From a virus: a DNA stretch of 64,000 bases. Shown here one piece after another: positions 46,204 to 55,747 of this stretch (position 1 is the stretch's first letter; each line of letters opens with the position of its first letter). The stretch is taken from positions 64,001 to 128,000 of IMG/VR virus record IMGVR_UViG_3300044692_000034, one strand, 5' to 3'. The notes beneath the pieces are model-generated. The model was given only the letters and a program-made list of their open reading frames with translations. It made no database searches and had not been told where the DNA came from. A program made the position numbers and the translations under genes.

Positions 46204-48308
46204 TACGGCGTTCGGAGGAGGAACGACCGGGGAACGACGTCGACCTGAAGGCACCCTGAGTACGATGCCTGGTCTGAACCGGTCGTGGAGTCAGGGTTGT
46301 CAGGGACGAGGTTCGATGGCTTGATGAACCACTGCACGAGCCCGGGGGGTGGCTCGATGAGCGTGCCGCCGAGCCCCGTGTCTCGCTGCCCGGCGGGCCA
46401 CGGCCTACTCAGTGCGGAGTTGTACGTGATGCCGGCAAGGTCCCAAGTCAACTTCTTGGTGATCTCGTTATTCGTCCGGACCCACGACGGGTACACGCCT
46501 CCTTGCGTCGATTTGGCTGTCGGGCCAAGAGCCCGTTGCCTGATCGGCACGCAGATGATGTAGTTGATGCCGAAGTTGCCGGTGGATCCCGCACCGACAG
46601 ACCCTTGGAGGTCAAGTATGACGCCGGATGGCTCGACAGGATCACAGAACAGCGTGATCGTGCCTATACGCGTCAGCCTGTACACGTCCCCAGACGAAGG
46701 CGTGACGACCGGCGATCCTTCTGTGCCGTATTCGTCTGTGTAGACCGTTGCGCCGTACGAGGCAACGGTCGGTTTCGCCGACAACATCATCGTCGGGTTG
46801 ACTAGTCCGGGGTTGAGCTTGAGTCCAGCCCAGACCTCAAGAATCAGGTCATGCTGCGTGAAGTCGTCTGGAGACAGCAGCGACGGCGTAACGTTCCACG
46901 TAGCGTGAACCGTGGTAGCGCCCGACACATTGACCTCGGCGACACTGCCCCTGAATGCATTTGCGTCACTAGTTGACGTCAGGCCGCTCAGAGTCCTCCC
47001 GTTGATTGCAGAGTCCTCGGCTATCAGTAGCCCGAACGGGACCCTGTTGATACCGAAGTCCGTCTGAGCCCAGCTCACGAGCATGAATGCAGGCGGGTCG
47101 TCAGCAGTCTGCGACGTGATAAGTAGGTCTGCCTTCGCCGGGGCGGTACCGGGGATCTCGTTACCGAACCACGAGTACGTCGGAACGAACCCGGCGGGGT
47201 CGAACGGCAAGAACTGATTTGCCGAAACGAACGGGCAGAATTCGAAGTAGTTGATCTTTCCGCCCGTTGACCCCGGCTCCCAGGAGAATCCGATCCCCCC
47301 TTCGGGCATGGCAACCTTTTCGGTTGGCGACAGCGTGTACCCAGTTCCGCCGGTGGCAGCGTACGTCGTGACCGGAGTAGGAAGCCCTGTCTTCCAGAAC
47401 GACAAGATGAAACCGTCCTGGGATGCCTGTGCCAGAAGCCAACAGGTCGTGTTCGCCGGAATCCCCGAAAGAATGTTCACCGTCGCCCTATTGACGCGAA
47501 CGTTGTTAGTTACTACGTCGATTTTGATCGCACCAGGGCCGGCGCCCGTGTAGTCGGCGTAAAGCTCTATGAATGTCACAGCCGACACGATGCGCATGGC
47601 AATCCCTGCCTTCCATGACGCGTTCATCACGGGCGGCGTTGTAAAGCTGAGTAGGGCTTGACCCTCTCTCCACGTGTAGCCTCGCGCGGTGTGCCTGAGG
47701 CGCCGGTATTCAGTTGATGTCGATCCGGCATCGACGAGGGTTCCGTTCGAGACCAGCGTGTGCTCTGGGGTGCCGGCATCGAACACGTAGTCATCGAGGA
47801 TGTCGTCGTATGCGAAGCGGTCGCGGATCGTGCATGGCGCCCACAGGCCAAGCGGTTCCGTAGGGAACGTGATCGCGACGCGCATCGAGTTCGTCTGCAC
47901 GAATTCGACGGGGTTGTACGCGGGTGACCACGTACCGGGACCCATGATGACGAAGAACGTCGAAAGGCCGCCCTCTGGAGCCCATTCGACCATCCTCCCT
48001 ACGGCTGCGCTGTTCATGACGCGCAGGAGCGTCTCAACGTTGGCTGTGGCCTGCGCCAACGTATTCCCCTTGACGTACGCGGTCCAGGCGATAGCGCCGT
48101 TGTCGTGTGTCTCGCCTACGCTCAGAGACCCTCCGTACCGACGCGAGCGGGAGCTGTTCTGCTGCGTGCTCACACCGGGCGTGAAGGTGAAACCAGCGTC
48201 CCTGTCTCTGAAGTATCCGGTTGCGGAACCGGAGGCAGAGTTTAGGTCTAGGAGCGGAACGACTCGGCCGCCGCCATCAACGGTGACCACGCGAAGTGTG
48301 TCGGCCAC
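46203..48308 (-). CDS. distal tail (Dit-like) / minor tail protein
   Basis: Directly follows the tape measure; beta-rich. Confidence 0.65.
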   Translation of the reverse strand: MADTLRVVTVDGGGRVVPLLDLNSASGSATGYFRDRDAGFTFTPGVSTQQNSSRSRRYGGSLSVGETHDNGAIAWTAYVKGNTLAQATANVETLLRVMNSAAVGRMVEWAPEGGLSTFFVIMGPGTWSPAYNPVEFVQTNSMRVAITFPTEPLGLWAPCTIRDRFAYDDILDDYVFDAGTPEHTLVSNGTLVDAGSTSTEYRRLRHTARGYTWREGQALLSFTTPPVMNASWKAGIAMRIVSAVTFIELYADYTGAGPGAIKIDVVTNNVRVNRATVNILSGIPANTTCWLLAQASQDGFILSFWKTGLPTPVTTYAATGGTGYTLSPTEKVAMPEGGIGFSWEPGSTGGKINYFEFCPFVSANQFLPFDPAGFVPTYSWFGNEIPGTAPAKADLLITSQTADDPPAFMLVSWAQTDFGINRVPFGLLIAEDSAINGRTLSGLTSTSDANAFRGSVAEVNVSGATTVHATWNVTPSLLSPDDFTQHDLILEVWAGLKLNPGLVNPTMMLSAKPTVASYGATVYTDEYGTEGSPVVTPSSGDVYRLTRIGTITLFCDPVEPSGVILDLQGSVGAGSTGNFGINYIICVPIRQRALGPTAKSTQGGVYPSWVRTNNEITKKLTWDLAGITYNSALSRPWPAGQRDTGLGGTLIEPPPGLVQWFIKPSNLVPDNPDSTTGSDQASYSGCLQVDVVPRSFLLRTP

Positions 48309-51300
48309 TACACCACCCCGAGGCTGATACGAGACGCCGAACGAGAACCCTGATAGCCGAGCCCGCTTGTCACGGTCTTTCCGATTTGCGTCAGCATGGC
48401 GGGGTCGCCTGGTGTCAGCGTGTTGATGTTGTTCACAATGGTTGTGCCGCTGCCAGTGCCGCCGAAGAGGTCGACGCCCATGGCTGCGGCCTTGCCGGCG
48501 AGCGCCGGAGAGACAGACGGAACGTTCGGGCCGCCGTAAGCGCCCACCGAATTCGGGTTGTTGACACCGCCGAGCACACCGACGCCCGACTGGTTGATAT
48601 ATCCGCCGTAGCCGACGATCTGCTGGAGCCGGTTAGCTTGGTCGAGTTGCGCTTGCTGGTCGGCTGTGAGCCCTGTCGTTTCGGTTGTGTCGGGGGGCTG
48701 CTGCTTCGAGTCTTCGTAGTTCTGGTCTTGGATCGACCGGTCCGGTGCTGTCATGGCGACGCTCTGGCGCTCTTGCGCAATGTCAAGAACGTCGAGGCGT
48801 GCATCTTCGATGTCGAACGGCAAATCGCCGGCAATGTCCTGCCAGTTCTTCATGTTCGCCTTGTAGTGGCTGATGCTGGCGCGGATCCCGGAGCGGTCCT
48901 TTTGCTTGGCGTGCGTGAGAGAGTTCGTCAGATTCGTGATGATCGTGTCGTACGTTGCGATGATGCGCTTGACGACGTTGTATGCCTCTTCGAGCTTGTG
49001 CCAGATCGCGATGCGCAGGTTGTAGAGGTCGGTCAGCTCATTGACGCGCTGGTTGACCTCGTCGACGTTCACGTCTCCGGTCGTCTCGTTGACGAACGTC
49101 TCCTGACTCTGGCCGTACGCGCGGTCCTTCTGCGTGTACTGCTTCTGCATCGTGTCAAGCTGCGCCTGAACCTTGTTGTACGCCGTGATGTTGTCGCCTG
49201 TGACCTTCCTCAGGGAACCCACGCTGTACGGGTTTCTCGCGCCACTCGTTCCGAGCACGCCACCGGCTGCGAACTTACGAACCTTTCCGCCCATTGCACG
49301 TCGCATAGCCCCACCACGCGCCATGAACTGACGAGCTTGAGATGCAACCTGGTCGTAGCGTGCGGGGAAGGCGCTGCGCTGCACGGCTTGCGCGAGCGAG
49401 CCCGCCGAGCCACGCCACGGCCGGTGCGACTCCGCAGCCCTGAAGTAGTCCTCCGCCGCGAGGAGCGGGATGCCGGCATGCTTCCAGCCTTGCGACGGCC
49501 GCTGCTGGAACACGCCGATGGAGTCGCGGTCGCCGTAACCGAGGTTCTGGACGCCGGACTCAACGATTGCTGCTTCCCATCCCGACAGCTGCTCAACCGG
49601 TGACGCCTTAGTGACCTGGATGGCCTTGCGAATCGCTGCGACGACAGCCGGGTCCGGGTGGATCTTGCCGCCATCTCCAGAGAACGAACCCGTCACGCCA
49701 CCCGAGGCGGACGCTGACGCCAGAACGCGGTTCGCTACGCCAGTAGCCACCTTCAAGACCTGGTTGGCGAGCGCGCCAACCGCACCACCATTCTTGACCT
49801 TCGGCTGCGGTACACGTGGGAGTGCCGCTGCGGCGCCTGCGCTCGTGGCCGAGCTGGCATCCACGCCCATCACGGTGCCCTTGTCCTCGCCCTCGTGGAT
49901 GTGGTCAGGCGTTCCGCCCGGATAGTCGCCGACAGTGCCGAGGTTCTGGCCACGACTCACACGCTGGCCGACCTTCACGGCCCTGGACCCGAAGTGCGTC
50001 AGGAAGTACGTGGCTTTGTTGTCGCCGCTCAGGTACATGGACCAGCCGAACGGACCTCCGGCGCCCTCGTACGCGCCTGCGCTCGGGCTACGGCCACTGA
50101 ACCGCGCGATGGTGCCGCCAACCGGCGCGCCCACCCGCTCACCCGGCTTGCCGAAGACGTCAATGGCCGGATAGCCGGGCAGACCGGCCGTCTGGTGCGT
50201 CGGCGTGAAGCTGGCTGGAAGCTGGAGCATGCCGCCACCGGCGTAGTGCCGCATGCCAGAGCCCCACAGTTGCGAGAGGCTGCCCCAGGGGAGTCCGCCT
50301 GCCGCCTGAGTAAACCCGAGCGCGTAGTCCAGGATTTGCATCTGCGGCTCGTTGACGACGCCTTCGGTGCCGCTCATGGCTGCGACCGGACGCCCTGTGG
50401 GGTCGAGCAGGATGTGGTCGTCTGCGCTGGAGCCGCCGTAGGGGCTTGCCATGCCGCCGTGCGCGTTGGCTTTGACGCGCGGCTGCGTGCCGGTTCCGGT
50501 GGGGCCGGCGCTGCCTTCCTCGGGGCCACCAATGTACGACTGCCCCTTGACAATGTTCTTGGCTTCGCTGATGGAGAATCCGTAGACCTCCATCTCCTGC
50601 TCAAGGTACTGTCGGACCTGCGTGAGCCCCGCCTTGGTCGTCTTACCGGCCCGGTCCATCTGCTTCTTGATGGCGTCGGCTGCGGCGGAGAAGTTGGAGG
50701 CGAGTTTGTCTTTGCCTTGCGCGCTGAACGAGTCGAGGTCGTCGCGCACGAGCGTCATGTTCTGTTGAACGAACTTGTGGATCTGCTCCGTGCCGTCCTT
50801 GGCGCTGATCGAACCGTCGTGCATGCCGTCTTTGACGGCCTTGATCCCAATGCCGATGTTCTTTGACATCGCCTCGGACCACGACTGCGAGCCCTGCTGG
50901 AACGCCTTGTTGATCTCGTCCGTGTTGAACTTGATGTTGTCGCGGAGGTCCTTGATGTTGAGGACGCCCTGCTCACGGATCTTGTTGAAGTTCCCGAACA
51001 GCTCCGCTGCGGCACGCGGGTCGAGGATGTCCTGCGCGCGGATCTGCTTGAACGCTCGCGGGAACCTGCCGAACTGGTCCTGAATCCCCTGGATCGTCGG
51101 CTTCAGGTTCTCGAATTGCTTCTGGAGGTCCTTGAGGGTCGACTTGTTGAGCTTCTGGATCTCGTCAACGCTGAGCCCGAGGACCCTGCTCAACGCCGAG
51201 AGGTCCTCGTTACCTGCCTTGCCGGCGATTGCGCGGGCGAACGCCCCGCTGATCTGGTTGACGTTCGTGAACGGCGCCGTCTGGATGACCTGGTTCGGGT

Positions 51301-54300
51301 TACGCGGCGCTGGACCGGGCGTCACGCCCGGGAAGTACTGGCTACCACGCGTCGTGAACGATGGAAGCACGGCAGCGGCGCTGCGATTCAGCAGGTTCGC
51401 TGACGCTTGCTGCGCGTTCGTCGCGTTCGTTCGCGCCTGCTGCGCTCTCTGGCCCGACAACGGGTCCGGAACCAGCCCGAACGTAAAGTTCGACAGCACC
51501 TTTTGTGCCTTCTGAACCGGGTTACCCGGCGCGGTCATGTACGTCAGCAGCGCCACCACCGCAGCGGCCGGCCCAGACACCTTCGACAGGAACGAAGTGG
51601 CGCCCTCTCCGAGCGTCGCAACGCTCAACGCACGCGCCCCGGCGCCCACGGTACCCGCAGCAGCTCGCGCGCCCGCTGCAACGCGCCCCGCGCGGCTCAA
51701 CGCGACGTCCTCCACGGGGGTTGCGGCGGCCTTGGCAGCAGCGAGACGCGCCCTGCGTGCGTCCTCATACGTGGGACCGGCGATGAACACGCCCTCGGCG
51801 GTCCTGACGACACCTTCTGCTGCGCTGCCGCCGCCCCGTGCGACTGCTCCGGTGGCGATACCGCCAGCGATGGCGCCGGCTGCGCCCCCACCACCGCCGA
51901 TAATCGTGCCACCCGCCTGCGCAGCGTCATTCTCGGCCATGATGGTGCGTGCCTGCCGCAGGAGCTTGATGAGAGCGTTCATGCCGGAGATGGCTGCGGC
52001 GAGCCTGAGTGCCTTGACGAGCCCACCGGCCACGACGAGCGCGCCGATGGCGGTGCCGATAGCCGGGACCTTGTCGATGATCTCGTTGATCAGGCTCAGT
52101 GTCGTGTTCAGCATGCCGACGAACACGACGAGCGGCCCGTGGTCGCCGGTCAGCTTCTCGAAGATCTCGATGATCTGCGAGACGGCCTGAATGAACGCCG
52201 GTCCGAAGCTCGTGCTCGCGTTTTCGATGAGGTCGTGGAGCGCGGGCAGGAGGTCTTGCCGGATCGCGTCGATCAGTGGCGTGATCTTGCGACCATCGCC
52301 GAGGTCGAAGAATTCCTTCGCGGCGTCCTTGAGTAGGCCACCGGCGTCCAAGATCGCCGGGCGCGCGTTCGTGAAGTAGTCCTTGATCGCGTTCTCGCCC
52401 TTGGCGCTCTCCGTCCAGTCTTTGAAGACAGCGGCCTGCTCCTGGAGGATTCGGAGCATGTCGGAGCCGAGCGGGTACGCGTCCTTGAAGATGTTGTAGA
52501 GCGCGATACCGAGGTTCTCGGTGATGTCGAGGAGTTCGTGGACGACCCGCTCCGTCTCCTGGAAGAACTGCTTCATCTTGCCGTTGTCGCGGGTCGCTTG
52601 CGCCTGGTTACGGATGAAGACGGTCCACTGGTAGATCGTCTTGCTAATGGAGTCCGTTAGGTCGCCGCCGGCGACGGTGACATCCACGACAGCCTTGAGC
52701 AGATTGATCAGGCCCTTGCCGACAAGCTCGATGGTCTTGTCGTTGCGTTCCATGATCGTGCCAAGGTCGCGACCGAAGCCGTCGGAGCCCAGGAACTTGC
52801 CTAGGACCTCGATGAAGTCGCCGAGTGTGCCGCTCGTGCGCACAATGCCCGTACGGAAGACGTCGAAGTTCGCCATGGCGTCCTTGACGCCGGCCTCAAC
52901 ACCCGTGAATAGCTTCTGTCCTGCGGCCTGCTGTAGTGCTGTGTAGGTCGTATTCTCCTTGACGAGGTACTTGACGAAGTCGGCCTGCGCTGGTGAGAGT
53001 TGCTTCAGCTTCGCCGCGTACGTGTTCGCGGCCGACGTGCCCTTCTCTTGAGCTGTCGTGACGCCCGCTTGCGCGACACCGACGTCGTGGAGCGCTTCAG
53101 CCTGGTTGTTTGCTGCGTCAGTCACCTGCTTCTGCGCTTGGACAACCTGGTCAGACCCCTCGACGCCCTTCTTTTGTGCGTCGGCGTAGTCCTCGCGGGC
53201 ACGCTGCGCCTGAATCTGTACGTCCTTCAGGTTGTCGCGCGCTTGCTGAAGGTTATTTTGGGCTTCTTCGACGCCGAGGCGGCTCGCGTTCGGGCCATGC
53301 TGCGCTGCCTGTAGCGCCTTCTGCGCCTCCTGCACCTGCAACGCCGCTGCGCGCTCGCTCGTGCCGGCCTCCTCGGAAGCGCGCTTCATGTCCTCGAGGT
53401 CGCGGGTGGCCTGCTCGCGCGCCTGATTCAGCGCGACCAGCGAGTCCTTCTCAGCCTGTTGGTCCTGCTGGAGCGTGCGGCTCGCGTTGTGCAGCGACTC
53501 AGCCGCGCTCCGCTGCCGTGAGCCGGCGGTCACAGCGTTCTGCGAGGCTCGTGCCTGCGCGTTGAGACCAGCGGTGACGGCCGGGCCGATGCCCTGCGCG
53601 GCGAGCCCGATGGTGCCAAGCGCCTGCGCCGCAGCCGACCCGTAGTTCGGGAGCGTTGCAAGCAGGCCCGTCAACGGGCCGAGAGACGACGCAGCACCCA
53701 CCGCACCGGCCGTGAACGTGCTCAACGCCTGGATCGCGGCGCCGATAGCCTCAACAAACCCGGTCGACCTGATGACGCGCATCGCGATACCGAGCTGCCG
53801 GAGCCCGTTGACGGACTGGTTGCTTTCAGGACCGAGGCTCGACAGCAGCGAACCGAGCCCGCTACGTCCACCACCCCCGCCCCTGCCAACCGACGTAAAC
53901 GCGCGAGCTGTGTCGTCGGCGGCCTGGATGCTGCGCTTGGCGGCTGCCTCGTCAGCTTCGGCGCGGCGGCGTGCGCTGCGCTCGGCCTCGGCGTCGCTCT
54001 TGATCCGCTCGCGCTGGATGAGTGCGTCGTTTGCGATCTGCGCCTTGACACGCGTCGCATCGATCTTGAGCTGTTCTTCGACTGCCTGCGCCTCGATGCG
54101 GGACTGCTGACGCGCCTTCTGGCTGTCGATCCTGATCAGCTCGGACGCGGTCTGGCTGTGCTGCCGGACCTGCTGCGCCTCCGCTGCCTTCTGCTCCTGC
54201 TGGAGCTGTCGGTACGCCGCGTTGAACGACCGCGAGTCGAAGTCAGCGCCGAGCGTGGCCCTGAACTTCTCTTTGGCCTTGGCCTTGGCCTCTGCTTCCT

Positions 54301-54481
54301 TGAGCTTCGCGTCGTAGATCGCGAATGCGCGCTCGTCGACCTCCGCGCCAAGGTTCGCCTTGATCGGCTTGGCGGTCTCGGCCTCCAGCTTCTTGAGCTT
54401 GGCCTCGTACCGGTTGGCGCCGGAGTCGTCGACGTCGAAGCCGAGGCGCGCTGAAACGCCAGCTACGTCAAGATCGGCCAC
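48308..54481 (-). CDS. tape measure protein with M23 peptidase and lysozyme-like domains
   Basis: 2057 aa, Ala/Gly-rich with coiled coils; H..AID...YFLTHF...HIH (M23); AAIVESG.QNL.YGDRDSIGVFQQRPSQGW. Confidence 0.9.
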   Translation of the reverse strand: MADLDVAGVSARLGFDVDDSGANRYEAKLKKLEAETAKPIKANLGAEVDERAFAIYDAKLKEAEAKAKAKEKFRATLGADFDSRSFNAAYRQLQQEQKAAEAQQVRQHSQTASELIRIDSQKARQQSRIEAQAVEEQLKIDATRVKAQIANDALIQRERIKSDAEAERSARRRAEADEAAAKRSIQAADDTARAFTSVGRGGGGGRSGLGSLLSSLGPESNQSVNGLRQLGIAMRVIRSTGFVEAIGAAIQALSTFTAGAVGAASSLGPLTGLLATLPNYGSAAAQALGTIGLAAQGIGPAVTAGLNAQARASQNAVTAGSRQRSAAESLHNASRTLQQDQQAEKDSLVALNQAREQATRDLEDMKRASEEAGTSERAAALQVQEAQKALQAAQHGPNASRLGVEEAQNNLQQARDNLKDVQIQAQRAREDYADAQKKGVEGSDQVVQAQKQVTDAANNQAEALHDVGVAQAGVTTAQEKGTSAANTYAAKLKQLSPAQADFVKYLVKENTTYTALQQAAGQKLFTGVEAGVKDAMANFDVFRTGIVRTSGTLGDFIEVLGKFLGSDGFGRDLGTIMERNDKTIELVGKGLINLLKAVVDVTVAGGDLTDSISKTIYQWTVFIRNQAQATRDNGKMKQFFQETERVVHELLDITENLGIALYNIFKDAYPLGSDMLRILQEQAAVFKDWTESAKGENAIKDYFTNARPAILDAGGLLKDAAKEFFDLGDGRKITPLIDAIRQDLLPALHDLIENASTSFGPAFIQAVSQIIEIFEKLTGDHGPLVVFVGMLNTTLSLINEIIDKVPAIGTAIGALVVAGGLVKALRLAAAISGMNALIKLLRQARTIMAENDAAQAGGTIIGGGGGAAGAIAGGIATGAVARGGGSAAEGVVRTAEGVFIAGPTYEDARRARLAAAKAAATPVEDVALSRAGRVAAGARAAAGTVGAGARALSVATLGEGATSFLSKVSGPAAAVVALLTYMTAPGNPVQKAQKVLSNFTFGLVPDPLSGQRAQQARTNATNAQQASANLLNRSAAAVLPSFTTRGSQYFPGVTPGPAPRNPNQVIQTAPFTNVNQISGAFARAIAGKAGNEDLSALSRVLGLSVDEIQKLNKSTLKDLQKQFENLKPTIQGIQDQFGRFPRAFKQIRAQDILDPRAAAELFGNFNKIREQGVLNIKDLRDNIKFNTDEINKAFQQGSQSWSEAMSKNIGIGIKAVKDGMHDGSISAKDGTEQIHKFVQQNMTLVRDDLDSFSAQGKDKLASNFSAAADAIKKQMDRAGKTTKAGLTQVRQYLEQEMEVYGFSISEAKNIVKGQSYIGGPEEGSAGPTGTGTQPRVKANAHGGMASPYGGSSADDHILLDPTGRPVAAMSGTEGVVNEPQMQILDYALGFTQAAGGLPWGSLSQLWGSGMRHYAGGGMLQLPASFTPTHQTAGLPGYPAIDVFGKPGERVGAPVGGTIARFSGRSPSAGAYEGAGGPFGWSMYLSGDNKATYFLTHFGSRAVKVGQRVSRGQNLGTVGDYPGGTPDHIHEGEDKGTVMGVDASSATSAGAAAALPRVPQPKVKNGGAVGALANQVLKVATGVANRVLASASASGGVTGSFSGDGGKIHPDPAVVAAIRKAIQVTKASPVEQLSGWEAAIVESGVQNLGYGDRDSIGVFQQRPSQGWKHAGIPLLAAEDYFRAAESHRPWRGSAGSLAQAVQRSAFPARYDQVASQARQFMARGGAMRRAMGGKVRKFAAGGVLGTSGARNPYSVGSLRKVTGDNITAYNKVQAQLDTMQKQYTQKDRAYGQSQETFVNETTGDVNVDEVNQRVNELTDLYNLRIAIWHKLEEAYNVVKRIIATYDTIITNLTNSLTHAKQKDRSGIRASISHYKANMKNWQDIAGDLPFDIEDARLDVLDIAQERQSVAMTAPDRSIQDQNYEDSKQQPPDTTETTGLTADQQAQLDQANRLQQIVGYGGYINQSGVGVLGGVNNPNSVGAYGGPNVPSVSPALAGKAAAMGVDLFGGTGSGTTIVNNINTLTPGDPAMLTQIGKTVTSGLGYQGSRSASRISLGVV

Positions 54482-54600
54482 ATCCGGCTCCGACGGTCAA
54501 GAAGTGGCCGAAAGTGGCCTGCACACGGGCGCAGAGCCGGGAGTCCCACTGCCCACGCGGGCGAGAGAGCGAACAGCAGTGGGACTCGGGTAGGCATGGC

Positions 54601-55032
54601 TCAACGGCCCCGCTTTGGCCACATGCGCGCATCAAGGCGCTGCTTCGCCGCCAGCACGCGCGCCATCGCATCGTTGTACCGATCGACCGGGCGTGGAGCC
54701 TCATGCGGCGCGGGCGGCAACGGACCTTCCTGCCACTGACTGTTGCGTAGCGGGTCGAGGTCGTGAGGTTCCATGCCAGCCTTGATGCGTTCGTCGTTCT
54801 CGATGCGTGCGCTTAGGTCGCGGAGCCGGCGCCAACTGGTTCGGTCGAGGATCCGCTCTTCGTCCCATCCGTAGGCGGAGGCGAATCGGTTGAGGACGTC
54901 AGACTCGTCTCCGAAGACGGCGGCGTCGAACTCGGCGTCTGTGAGTGGTCGTCGGACGGCTCGGGCACCTTGAGGGTCATCTGGACGCCGAACAACCCCA
55001 GCATCGAGTTGATCCTCGGCCCGAGTTTTCCC
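54601..55032 (-). CDS. -1 frameshift extension of the tail chaperone (gpGT-like)
   Basis: G GGA AAA at 55032-55026; the -1 frame stays open for 143 codons (...DVLNRFASAYGWDEERILDRTSWRRL...) to TGA at 54601. Confidence 0.8.
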   Translation of the reverse strand, partial: GKTRAEDQLDAGVVRRPDDPQGARAVRRPLTDAEFDAAVFGDESDVLNRFASAYGWDEERILDRTSWRRLRDLSARIENDERIKAGMEPHDLDPLRNSQWQEGPLPPAPHEAPRPVDRYNDAMARVLAAKQRLDARMWPKRGR

Positions 55033-55688
55033 AGGACGTTGTCCTTGTACTGCGCGGAGATGACCTCGGAGCAGACGACGCCCAGCTCGATGAGCATGTG
55101 GAAGGGCTCGTCCATGAGCGCGTCGCCGGCCTCCTTGATCTTCTCGCGGATGGTCTCCTCGCCGTCGGCGGCGTAACGCCTGACGTCATCGTTCGGCATG
55201 CAGATCAAGCCGATGAGCGACGTCATCTGGTCCTCGGCCATCTCGATCATCATCGGGAAGACCTTGACGAAGCACTCCTGCGCGCTTGGCGTACGCGGAC
55301 GCTTCAACTTGTTCCCGCTCGCCTGCCAATCCTGCTCCGACAGGTGACCGAGAGGATCGGGACCCATCATCGGGCCGCCGGTGCGCTCATCCAGGATCGG
55401 CATGCGCCGCACGAGCGGACGCCCCTGCCTGTCGTACTGCACCTCACCGTCGACGACGACGGGCTCCTCGCGCATGAGGGGCTCCGGGGAGTACTGCGCC
55501 CGTGCGAACGCGCGGTCCAGGTCGACGGTGTTCTCCGCCTCGTACTCCTTGATGTACTGCTGCCATGCGCTCTGGATCTCCGGGGCCGCTTTGGCGACCT
55601 CGTCCAGGGTGCGCAGAACGCGGACGGCCTTACGACCCGAGAAGTCGTAGATCGTCACGGTCCGGTTGGTGAGCCTTACTTCGACCAT
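54813..55688 (-). CDS. tail assembly chaperone (gpG-like)
   Basis: Lies between tail tube and tape measure; contains a slippery site. Confidence 0.75.
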   Translation of the reverse strand: MVEVRLTNRTVTIYDFSGRKAVRVLRTLDEVAKAAPEIQSAWQQYIKEYEAENTVDLDRAFARAQYSPEPLMREEPVVVDGEVQYDRQGRPLVRRMPILDERTGGPMMGPDPLGHLSEQDWQASGNKLKRPRTPSAQECFVKVFPMMIEMAEDQMTSLIGLICMPNDDVRRYAADGEETIREKIKEAGDALMDEPFHMLIELGVVCSEVISAQYKDNVLGKLGPRINSMLGLFGVQMTLKVPEPSDDHSQTPSSTPPSSETSLTSSTDSPPPTDGTKSGSSTEPVGAGSAT

Positions 55689-55747
55689 GATCCTCTCCTG
55701 GCTCAGGCTCGCGCCGACGTACGCCAACGCGAGCAGAGCCGCTTTGG

